Below, piece after piece: positions 1 through 6,637 of a stretch of DNA of 13,811 nucleotides; the stretch's first letter is position 1; the number at the start of each line of letters is the position of its first letter. A program made the translations under genes and the position numbers. Source of the stretch: Aigarchaeota archaeon. GTDB lineage: Archaea > Thermoproteota > Nitrososphaeria_A > Caldarchaeales > Wolframiiraptoraceae. The notes below the pieces were generated by a model. That model saw nothing but the letters and a program-made list of their open reading frames with translations, was not told where the DNA came from and did no database searches. The stretch covers positions 1 through 13,811 of the forward strand of contig JANXDQ010000025.1 of assembly GCA_025059415.1 (NCBI GenBank), read 5' to 3'.

Positions 1-57
1 ATCTCTTCGCTCAAAACATCTCACAAACTAGAAAGTGGTCGTCAATTTAATAAGTAT

Positions 58-383
58 GGCGGCGGCAGCCCCCGAAAGGTGGCGGGAGGGAAAGGGGGCC
101 TCGGCAGCGGATAGGGGATCCAGCACGGATCTACACAGCGGCCCCGCCACGCCTTAGCGCTGCTCCCTCCCGGGCCTGACGCGGTTCGGCGTGTTGGGGA
201 TCTGTGGCCCACCCCTACAGGTGGGTCAGCTCCCTACGAGGCCCCATGTAGGCGCGCCTTCTTCTCCCCTCTTCCGCCGCTGTACCCCCTCCCTCAGGCG
301 CCCTCCCAGGTTACTGGCCCCCGCATGTAGCCCATTTCGGGTTACAGGGAAGGGCTAGCTCCCCGGCCCTACCTGCCGCCGCC
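58..383 (-). ncRNA. Signal recognition particle RNA (archaeal 7S / SRP RNA), about 326 nt
   Basis: Read on the minus strand it starts GGCGGCGGCAG (revcomp of 373-383) and ends CUGCCGCCGCC (revcomp of 58-68), an 11-nt terminal helix. The revcomp of 158-180 is GUCAGGCCCGGGAGGGAGCAGCG, the universal helix-8 SRP54-binding motif (compare E. coli 4.5S GUCAGGUCCGGAAGGAAGCAGC). The revcomp of 340-348 is the Alu-domain CCUGUAACC motif. The region is very GC-rich with no credible ORF, and a TATA box lies about 27 nt upstream. Confidence 0.9.
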
Positions 384-406
384 GATAATAGATCTTCAAC
401 GTCGGG

Positions 407-414
407 GATATAAT
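407..414 (-). promoter_or_regulatory. TATA box for SRP RNA
   Basis: The minus-strand sequence ATTATATC is centred about 27 nt upstream of the inferred SRP RNA 5' end at 383. This is typical archaeal TATA-to-TSS spacing. Confidence 0.55.
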
Positions 415-417
415 CCT

Positions 418-651
418 TCAGTCCCCCTGGAAGGAGTCGAGCCCCCTCTCGGGCTTCAGGTAGACCTCCACCGCCCCAATCCTCCTCAGGAGCTGAAGCG
501 CGCTACGCGTATATTTCACCGAGTACCCGAGTTTTCTCGCGATTTCCCTCGAGGTATGCGGCCCATTATTCTTGAGGAAGATGAGTATCCTGAGGTGGCT
601 TGGATCTATGCTCTCCTCCGGGAACCTGCGGAAGACCCAGAGGTAGACCAA
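418..651 (-). CDS. Small winged-helix (ArsR/MarR-like) transcriptional regulator, 77 aa
   Basis: The ORF has a TTG start preceded by AGGTGAT (a Shine-Dalgarno site) 5 nt upstream. The segment LRILIFLKNNGPHTSREIARKLGYSVKYTRSALQLLRRIGAVEV has the helix-turn-helix plus wing pattern of small archaeal wHTH proteins. It lies downstream of trpS on the same strand. Confidence 0.65.
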   Translation of the reverse strand: MVYLWVFRRFPEESIDPSHLRILIFLKNNGPHTSREIARKLGYSVKYTRSALQLLRRIGAVEVYLKPERGLDSFQGD

Positions 652-735
652 GTTATCACCTTCCCCGAATGCGGGAAAAGTGGCCGTCGGCCGCTTAATA
701 GGGTTACCACTTCGGCGGCCTGGAAGGGTGTCCGC

Positions 736-1932
736 TCACTCGTGGATCTTCTTCCACATTTCCCTCGCCAACTCGCCATCGTACATGTAGAGGTTAATGA
801 GTTCCCTCGCCTCCTCCCTCCGAGACTGATGCTCCTCCAAGAACTTTAACACCTTCTCGGTGAGGATCAACTTGAGTTCTCCGGTCAAGAGCTTCCCAGA
901 CCTATAATCCTCCTCGATCTTCCCGAGTTTGCCATCGTCGGGCTCAAAGAAATAGAATAGCCACTGGTAGGCGACGTCGATCTCCGGGTTTCCGCCGAGC
1001 TTCCTGTGGAGCTCTAGGGTCGGCTGGCCGCCAGAATACGCTTTCCAAATCTTCCTCCTAATGTCTTCCTTACCCTCGTGGAGGTAGATCGCGGATTCCG
1101 GGTCGCTTGCGCTCATCTTCCCGGTGGGCCCCATGAGGGGTGGGAGGAACTTGCTGTGGATGGCCGCGGCCTTGTGGAATCCGAGGCTCTCCGAGATGTC
1201 TCTCTGAATTCTCCAATATGGGTCCTGGTCTATCGCGCACGGTATCAAACACCTCCTCTTCTCGAAGAGTGATGGGATTATTTGGATCGCGGGGTAGAAG
1301 CTCATCCCGATATTCGTCTGCGCGTCGAATCCGAAGACCGCCCTGACCCAGCTGAAATTGATCTTCCTCGCGACCTTGAGCGCCAACGGATACATGTTCC
1401 GGATATACTCGGTGTCTTGGAAGATGAATGTGCGGTCCGGGTCGAATCCAACGGCCGCGATGTCCAACGCGTTTTCCTTTGCCCATTTCCTGGTCTCTTC
1501 GAGGGTGAGGCCTCGCCCCTCCTCCAGATACTTCTCATCATCGGTCAGCTGGATGTATGTGTTTACCTTGAATCGGTCTTGGAGCCACTTGGTGAAGTAG
1601 AATGGTATTATGTGGCCTATGTGCATCGGGCCGCTCGGCCCCCTCCCGGTGTATAGGAAGAATCCCCTGCCCGCCTCCCAGTCATCTAGGACCTTGTCGA
1701 GGTCTCTGTGGGAGAAGAATATCCGCCGCCTAAGGAGGTGGCTTGACTCCCCCGCATCCCTTATGAGCCTCTCAAGCAATTCATCGCTGATTATCTCGGT
1801 TCCGAACTTCTCCACGAGCTTGTTGTAGTCGACCTTTCCCTCGACCTTCCACGGCGTGACGATGAACTCCTCTTCTCTCATATCCCGCTCCTCGCCCGGC
1901 TCACTCAAGCCAAAAATACCCACCCATGCCAA
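736..1932 (-). CDS. trpS: Tryptophanyl-tRNA synthetase (archaeal/eukaryotic type)
   Basis: Class I motifs are present: HIGH (PMHIGHIIP) and the TrpRS-type KMSAS (GKMSASDPES). The N-terminus TPWKVEGKVDYNKLVEKFG is typical of archaeal TrpRS. The start is ambiguous. ATG at 1932 would be near-leaderless relative to the TATA region at 1951-1966. ATG at 1881 (MREEEFIVTPW) matches the usual N-terminus better. Confidence 0.93.
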   Translation of the reverse strand: MAWVGIFGLSEPGEERDMREEEFIVTPWKVEGKVDYNKLVEKFGTEIISDELLERLIRDAGESSHLLRRRIFFSHRDLDKVLDDWEAGRGFFLYTGRGPSGPMHIGHIIPFYFTKWLQDRFKVNTYIQLTDDEKYLEEGRGLTLEETRKWAKENALDIAAVGFDPDRTFIFQDTEYIRNMYPLALKVARKINFSWVRAVFGFDAQTNIGMSFYPAIQIIPSLFEKRRCLIPCAIDQDPYWRIQRDISESLGFHKAAAIHSKFLPPLMGPTGKMSASDPESAIYLHEGKEDIRRKIWKAYSGGQPTLELHRKLGGNPEIDVAYQWLFYFFEPDDGKLGKIEEDYRSGKLLTGELKLILTEKVLKFLEEHQSRREEARELINLYMYDGELAREMWKKIHE

Positions 1933-1950
1933 GTCTGGCTTCTAGCCGCC

Positions 1951-1968
1951 TAGATATATATCTAAAAT
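1951..1968. promoter_or_regulatory. AT-rich TATA region in the trpS / map divergent intergenic region
   Basis: The sequence TAGATATATATCTAAAAT sits 20-35 nt upstream of the trpS ORF start on the minus strand. It is the only strong TATA-like element there, and its near-symmetry could allow use in either direction. Confidence 0.4.
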
Positions 1969-2050
1969 TTCCACGAGGCGGAAACCCGGGATTTCACGTG
2001 ATAAAAATCTTATCTTTTCCCCGGGGTGTTCAAAATTACGGGTGGGAAAG

Positions 2051-2152
2051 GTGCCGCGGTGCGAGGTATGCGGCAGGAAGACCGAGAAGCTCTTCATGGT
2101 CGGCGGGAAACGCGTATGCGATAGGTGTAGGGATAAAGCAGGGCCCCCATAG
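2051..2152 (+). CDS. Candidate zinc-ribbon micro-protein (33 aa, or 36 aa from GTG at 2042)
   Basis: My manual translation is (V/M)PRCEVCGRKTEKLFMVGGKRVCDRCRDKAGPP*. It has two CxxC pairs spaced 15 residues apart. A GGTGGG SD-like element at 2041-2046 lies 4 nt before GTG 2051, and an ATAAAAAT TATA-like box lies at 2001-2008. The ORF is below the length cutoff of the ORF track. The two longer ORFs here (1926..2171 +, 1942..2175 -) span the promoter and look non-coding. Confidence 0.35.
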   Translation: MPRCEVCGRKTEKLFMVGGKRVCDRCRDKAGPP

Positions 2153-2201
2153 AGGCGCTGAAAATCCTTAAACAAATCCCGATGGCTTAGGGGATGGAGA
2201 A

Positions 2202-3086
2202 TTGTTGGATTTAGGGAGGCTCAGGGAGGCGGGGGCAATAGCGAGGAGGATTCGAGACGAGGTGTATAGAGCCGTCAAGGAGGGGGTCAAGGTAATCGAG
2301 ATATGTGAAATCGTCGAGAAGGGGATCAGGGAACTCGGAGCTGAACCGGCGTTTCCATGCAATGTCGGCATAAATGAGGTCGCAGCCCACTACACATCGC
2401 CGCCCAGCGATCAAATGGTGATACCGCCGAGGAGCATCGTGAAGGTCGATATAGGGGTCTCTTTGGATGGCTATATAGCGGATACGGCGACGACGGTCGT
2501 GCTCAGCCCCGAGTTTGAGGCCATGTCCGGAGCCTCCCAAATAGTTCTACACGAGGCCATAAAGGCCATGGGCCCCGGGGTGAATGTTTCCCAAATAGGC
2601 TTCATAATACAGAAAACCGCGAACAAGCTCGGATTCAAGCCCATAAGGAACTTGACTGGACACGAGATCAAGCGATACCAGTTACATACGGGCCTCACTA
2701 TCCCGAACATCGCGGCCCCAGTCCCCGGAAAACTTCAGGTGAACCACGTCTATGCCGTTGAGCCGTTCCTCACGACCATGCGGGCGGCGGGCGAGGTAGT
2801 CTCGGCAAAGCTGGCAACGATTTTCAGAGCCGATCCAAGCGGGCTGAAGATGGAGAAATTGAGGTCAGAGGAGCGGCGGTTGCTGAGCTACTTGGTGGAG
2901 AGATTCAAGGGCTTACCCTACACGCCTAGGTGGATAGATGGCTTTGAAGAGAAGTTGCACGAGAGGTTGGTCAGGTTGGGGAGGATCCACGCGTACCCCG
3001 TCTTGGTTGAGCGCTCGGGGCAGCCGGTTGCTCAGGCAGAACACACGGTGGTGATCACCGAGGAGGGATGCGAGGTCATAACATGA
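2202..3086 (+). CDS. map: Methionine aminopeptidase, type 2 (archaeal)
   Basis: Full-length similarity to archaeal MetAP, such as the P. furiosus enzyme recalled from memory (AFPCNVGINEVAAHYTSP, VKVDIGVSLDGYIADTA, NLTGHEI, YAVEPF, AQAEHTV). All five metal ligands (D, D, H, E, E) are present. The start is TTG, with a CCTTAAAC TATA-like element about 30 nt upstream. Confidence 0.92.
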   Translation: MLDLGRLREAGAIARRIRDEVYRAVKEGVKVIEICEIVEKGIRELGAEPAFPCNVGINEVAAHYTSPPSDQMVIPPRSIVKVDIGVSLDGYIADTATTVVLSPEFEAMSGASQIVLHEAIKAMGPGVNVSQIGFIIQKTANKLGFKPIRNLTGHEIKRYQLHTGLTIPNIAAPVPGKLQVNHVYAVEPFLTTMRAAGEVVSAKLATIFRADPSGLKMEKLRSEERRLLSYLVERFKGLPYTPRWIDGFEEKLHERLVRLGRIHAYPVLVERSGQPVAQAEHTVVITEEGCEVIT

Positions 3087-3096
3087 GGAAGTTGGG

Positions 3097-3315
3097 CTAG
3101 GGGGTCTTCCTCTCCTCCTCCACGTAGATCCCAATTATCTTCATTTTGCTCGCACCACATTTTGGACACCTCTCCTCAACCTCCTTAAACACGTAATCCC
3201 CACCAGTGAATGGCCTAGAGTTCACGGTACCGCATTCCAAGCATTTTAGATGAGTTAGAGGCTGGGGGATTTCTTCGACTCCACGTCTCCGCGGCAACAT
3301 TTCGAGTAACTCCAC
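3097..3315 (-). CDS. Zinc-ribbon protein of unknown function, 72 aa
   Basis: CLECG...x23...CPKCG forms a 4-Cys zinc ribbon. The start is GTG, with an alternative ATG 5 codons downstream. It begins 14 nt after the stop of the upstream same-strand gene (3330..4463), so the two are probably co-transcribed. Confidence 0.6.
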   Translation of the reverse strand: MELLEMLPRRRGVEEIPQPLTHLKCLECGTVNSRPFTGGDYVFKEVEERCPKCGASKMKIIGIYVEEERKTP

Positions 3316-3329
3316 TCTCGGGGCATATT

Positions 3330-4463
3330 TTAGCTAATTCCTATGCCAACGGTGTTCCCTATTCCCGCGACTATTACCGAGAACCCCTCATCGACCTTAC
3401 TAGAAATCAGCTTCTTCACCTTCTCCACGACTTCATCGGCCGCCTTTGCTATGCTCTTCTTCATCGGGGTGATGGCCTCCCCGATCGACTGATAGATCGC
3501 GAAGGCATATAGTGGTATATTCATCTTCTTTGAGATCTCCTCGATCTTGAATTTGTCGACTCCTATGCCTCCGATCGCGGCCCCTATCCCCTCGACGACC
3601 TTGCCCGTTTCCTCCCCCTCAAGCTTCAGAGCCGCGTCGATCATGATTACGGCCTTGACTTTGTCTCTCTCGGATTCAAGGATCTTCAACAAGCCGTCAG
3701 CGGGCCTCCCAACGGCCCCACCTGGGCCCGCCGCCCTGAGGACGAAGACCCTCCTGCCGTCCATCTCGAATTCGTGGACTATTGTATCCTTCGCGACCTG
3801 GTAGGTCTTCTTCTCAAGCCCCTCAACGAGCTTCGCCACAGCCAGCACTCCGACTCCATCCCCTATGGGCTGGCCTTGGGTGAAGGCGTAGCAAGCCCTC
3901 CGATACGCCTCCGCGATCTCCATTATCTGGGGCATCAGCATCTGGATCTGGAGCACTATGTAGATGTTAGCCGTCCTCCTCCCCAGCAAATAATAGTGTC
4001 TCACAACCCTGTAGAGGTAATCCATCCCCCTCGCGACCTCGACGAGGTTCGTTAAAGTCTTTGACCACGCCTCATCCGCTTTCGTGCAAATTAGCTTCAC
4101 ATGCTCCTCAAAAACGTCCTCCCAAGTATTCACGATGTGCTCGAGCTTGTAGACTATGCCATACGGGTCCATGGACTCGGGCGCTATCATGAAGGATAAT
4201 AGGAGTTTGTCGAGTTCCTCGTCCACCTTCACCCCGTCTCCCGAATACTTCCTCAATACCTCCACGGTCTTGCCCCTAACCTCATCCCTCATCACTTTAA
4301 GCCTCTGAAGCCTCCGCTCCAAGTCCCTGAGAATATATGACAGCTGGAGCCGCTGCGAGAACGATGGATATATGAAGAAGATCATCAGGAAGAGAAGCCA
4401 TATTAGACTGCTAATGACCGAGATCAAGTCCTGTTGGCCAGAAACCTGGAGAAAATCCAGCAT
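3330..4463 (-). CDS. Conserved archaeal membrane-anchored protein of unknown function (DUF1512-like, 377 aa)
   Basis: There is an N-terminal TM helix (ISVISSLIWLLFLMIFFIYPSF), then a long helical region, then a Gly-rich alpha/beta C-terminal domain (AAGPGGAVGRP, AAIGGIGV, VAGIGNTVGIG). Size and architecture fit the roughly 370-aa archaeal DUF1512 family. That family assignment is from memory and is not verified. Confidence 0.7.
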   Translation of the reverse strand: MLDFLQVSGQQDLISVISSLIWLLFLMIFFIYPSFSQRLQLSYILRDLERRLQRLKVMRDEVRGKTVEVLRKYSGDGVKVDEELDKLLLSFMIAPESMDPYGIVYKLEHIVNTWEDVFEEHVKLICTKADEAWSKTLTNLVEVARGMDYLYRVVRHYYLLGRRTANIYIVLQIQMLMPQIMEIAEAYRRACYAFTQGQPIGDGVGVLAVAKLVEGLEKKTYQVAKDTIVHEFEMDGRRVFVLRAAGPGGAVGRPADGLLKILESERDKVKAVIMIDAALKLEGEETGKVVEGIGAAIGGIGVDKFKIEEISKKMNIPLYAFAIYQSIGEAITPMKKSIAKAADEVVEKVKKLISSKVDEGFSVIVAGIGNTVGIGIS

Positions 4464-4526
4464 CCCGATACTTCTCCAAACAAGCTCTCAAAAGAAGCCG
4501 CTCTAAAAGTTTTCCCCCACCAAGAG

Positions 4527-4533
4527 TTAAATA
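4527..4533 (+). promoter_or_regulatory. TATA box for 5S rRNA
   Basis: TTAAATA is centred at about 4530, 26 nt upstream of the inferred 5S 5' end at 4556. Confidence 0.55.
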
Positions 4534-4555
4534 CAAACCAAACAAACATTATATT

Positions 4556-4677
4556 GCTTGCCGGCCATAGCGGCCCGGGAAACGCCCGGACTCATTCCGA
4601 ACCCGGAAGCTAAGCCGGGTCGCGCCGGGGTATTAGTGGGGTGCGGGAGCCTCCGCGAGGCCCCGGTGCTGGCAAGC
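4556..4677 (+). rRNA. rrf: 5S ribosomal RNA (122 nt), not linked to 16S/23S in this window
   Basis: The 5' end GCUUGCC pairs with GGCAAGC at the 3' end (helix I). Conserved 5S core strings are present: CCAUAGCGG, CCCGGACUCAUUCCGAACCCGGAAGCUAAGCC and GUGCGGGAGCCUCCGCGAGG. It is flanked by a TATA box upstream and a pyrimidine/T-rich tract downstream. Confidence 0.92.
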
Positions 4678-4738
4678 ATTCTTCTCCCTTTAATTTGGGG
4701 ATAAAGGATTAATTGCGGCGTCTTTTTACTTCATCTTT

Positions 4739-5644
4739 ATGGAAATTTTCTTAGATACCGCGGAGCTGGAAGAAATCAAGTTCGCGTCTTCGCTCGGCGT
4801 GATTGACGGCGTTACGACGAACCCCTCTTTAATCAAGAAGGCCGTTGAGCGCCGCCGCGGCGAGATATCGATGGTGGATTACATCAAGGAGATCCTGAAG
4901 CTTGTCCCGGGCCCTGTCAGCTTGGAGGTAATTAGTGTTAAGGCGGAGGACATGATCAGCGAGGCAAAGAAGCTGTATAAGCTTTTCAGCCCCTATGGAG
5001 AAGTTGTGATAAAGATCCCGATATGCCCCAGCACGGATGGCGAGTCGAATGTCTATGATGGATTGGGGGCGATAAGAGAACTCAAGGAAGCCGGGATACC
5101 GACGAATGTGACGCTCGTGATGACCCCTGAGCAGGCGCTTCTCGCGGCAAAGGCCGGCGCGGACTACGTAAGCCCCTTCGCTGGTAGAATCGATGACTAC
5201 ATCAGGGATCAACTGGGCATGAAGATGGATGCCGACTACGGGAAAGCCGACTACTTCGACTTCGAGCTTATGCGGAAATTGGCTGATGAACAACTAAGGA
5301 GGATCATCGAATCGCGTGGAGATTTCTCGCTGCGTGGGGCCTACATCGATGAGGAAATAAGGGATGCGGCGAATGCGGGACATGATAATGGGATTTACAG
5401 CGGCGTCGACCTCGTTAAGAAGATACTCGCGATTTACCGGAACTATAAATACTCAACGAAAGTGATAGCGGCGAGCATGAGGAATGCGAGACAAGTCAGA
5501 GAGATGGCGGAGCTGGGCGTGGACATCGTGACGATACCCTTTTACGTCCTAAAGGAGATGCTCCTCCACTACAAGACCATAGAGGGCATGCGTTTCTTCA
5601 TCGCAGACGTGGTTCCACAATATAAGAGGATCTTCGAAGAATAA
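4739..5644 (+). CDS. tal: Transaldolase / fructose-6-phosphate aldolase family (short TalC/FSA-type core with a large insertion), 301 aa
   Basis: MEIFLDTAELEEIK...VIDGVTTNPSL, the Schiff-base lysine context VVIKIP, TNVTLV, AKAGADYVSPFAGRIDD and IAASMRN...GVDIVTIPF all match the roughly 218-aa bacterial/archaeal transaldolase subfamily. The extra length comes mainly from an insertion after GRIDD. An ATAAAGG TATA-like element lies about 30 nt upstream, so the transcript is near-leaderless. Confidence 0.88.
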   Translation: MEIFLDTAELEEIKFASSLGVIDGVTTNPSLIKKAVERRRGEISMVDYIKEILKLVPGPVSLEVISVKAEDMISEAKKLYKLFSPYGEVVIKIPICPSTDGESNVYDGLGAIRELKEAGIPTNVTLVMTPEQALLAAKAGADYVSPFAGRIDDYIRDQLGMKMDADYGKADYFDFELMRKLADEQLRRIIESRGDFSLRGAYIDEEIRDAANAGHDNGIYSGVDLVKKILAIYRNYKYSTKVIAASMRNARQVREMAELGVDIVTIPFYVLKEMLLHYKTIEGMRFFIADVVPQYKRIFEE

Positions 5645-5660
5645 ATCCCCACAACTATCT

Positions 5661-6416
5661 TTACTTCCCATCTTTCAAAACGCGATCTACTTTGTGCCAC
5701 TTCTCATAGTAGGCCCTCTCCATTTCAGCTTTCAGCTTCTTTATGGCTTCTCTAATGTCTCCCTGGCCGAATGTCGCGGTTCCGGCGATGATCAGGCTTG
5801 CCCCCGCCTCGACTATCGAGTTAACGTTTTGAAGCGTTACCCCGCCGTCAATCGCTATGTCCACCTCGGGCCTCGAATCCAACATCTCCCTGGTCTTCTC
5901 GATCTTCTTCAACATACTTGGGATGAATGTCTGGCCCCCAAATCCCGGATCCACACCCATAATCAAGATCACGTCGACTTCATCGATGATCCACTCCATC
6001 GAAGATAATGGTGTTTCCGGACAGAGGGCAATTCCAGCCTTAATGCCTCGATCCCTAAGAGACCGGATCATCCGGTGAGCTTGTTTAGAGACCTCTATGT
6101 GAAATGTTACAACGTCTCCACCAGCATCGACGACGTCCTCGATAATGGCCTCGGGATTATCCACCATGAGGTGGACATAGAACGGCAGATCCGTCTCATC
6201 TCTAAGAGCCCTTATGACCATGGGCCCAAAGGTTATGTTTGGGACGAAGTGGCCATCGGCGATATCGAAGTGGAGGGCGTCGGCTCCAGCCTCCTCAACC
6301 CTTCTAACTTCTTCCCCAAGCCTCCTAAAATCCGCAGAGAGCAATGAGGGAGCGAGCTTCGGATACGGAATCTTCCCCAAATATTCTCCACCCCTCTTCA
6401 CAACGGCCTTCTTCAC
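5661..6416 (-). CDS. rpe: Ribulose-phosphate 3-epimerase
   Basis: APSLLSADF, HFDIADGHFVPN, HLMV, MGVDPGFGGQTF, DGGV and AGTATF are the canonical Rpe TIM-barrel motifs. It has an N-terminal extension of about 20 aa and a C-terminal extension of about 25 aa relative to typical Rpe. The minus-strand TATA GATATAAAT is centred at about 6450. Confidence 0.9.
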   Translation of the reverse strand: MKKAVVKRGGEYLGKIPYPKLAPSLLSADFRRLGEEVRRVEEAGADALHFDIADGHFVPNITFGPMVIRALRDETDLPFYVHLMVDNPEAIIEDVVDAGGDVVTFHIEVSKQAHRMIRSLRDRGIKAGIALCPETPLSSMEWIIDEVDVILIMGVDPGFGGQTFIPSMLKKIEKTREMLDSRPEVDIAIDGGVTLQNVNSIVEAGASLIIAGTATFGQGDIREAIKKLKAEMERAYYEKWHKVDRVLKDGK

Positions 6417-6637
6417 ACCTTCTAACGATATCTAATAAATCCGCATTTATATCTTTAAGATAGCCTCCTTAAGGCTTGCATCGTTTGTATACCGCCCCGA
6501 GCCTCGGCGTCTCCTGCACTTTGCATCTGACGATCCTCAGAGTTTTGGCCTCGCAAATTAAGAGTTCCTCTTCGAGGGGCGTTGGAGCGGAGAAACTTTC
6601 TTAAGGAAATGTCGATGAAATGTGTTGGTAATACTTA

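Noticed and set aside
1070-1828. Seven ORFs of 64-138 aa overlapping the TrpRS gene in other frames or on the opposite strand (1070..1486 -, 1078..1272 +, 1140..1346 +, 1282..1656 +, 1302..1541 -, 1358..1600 +, 1610..1828 +).
   Set aside because: All lie inside a CDS with clear full-length TrpRS motifs. Their translations are Arg/Pro/Gly/Ser-rich and low-complexity, as is typical of off-frame reading of a GC-balanced gene.
1926-2175. An 81-aa plus-strand ORF and a 77-aa minus-strand ORF spanning the trpS/map intergenic region.
   Set aside because: Both run across the TATA-rich promoter region and have compositionally odd translations with no recognisable motifs. The short zinc-ribbon frame explains the region better.
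6417-6637. The 220-bp divergent rpe/ttuA intergenic region, checked for a tRNA, a C/D sRNA or another structured RNA (it contains the CCGAG-C-CTCGG near-palindrome).
   Set aside because: There are no RUGAUGA/CUGA box pairs at appropriate spacing, no tRNA T-arm (GTTCRANYC) motif, and the palindrome has a loop too tight for a hairpin. The region is best explained by two divergent TATA promoters.
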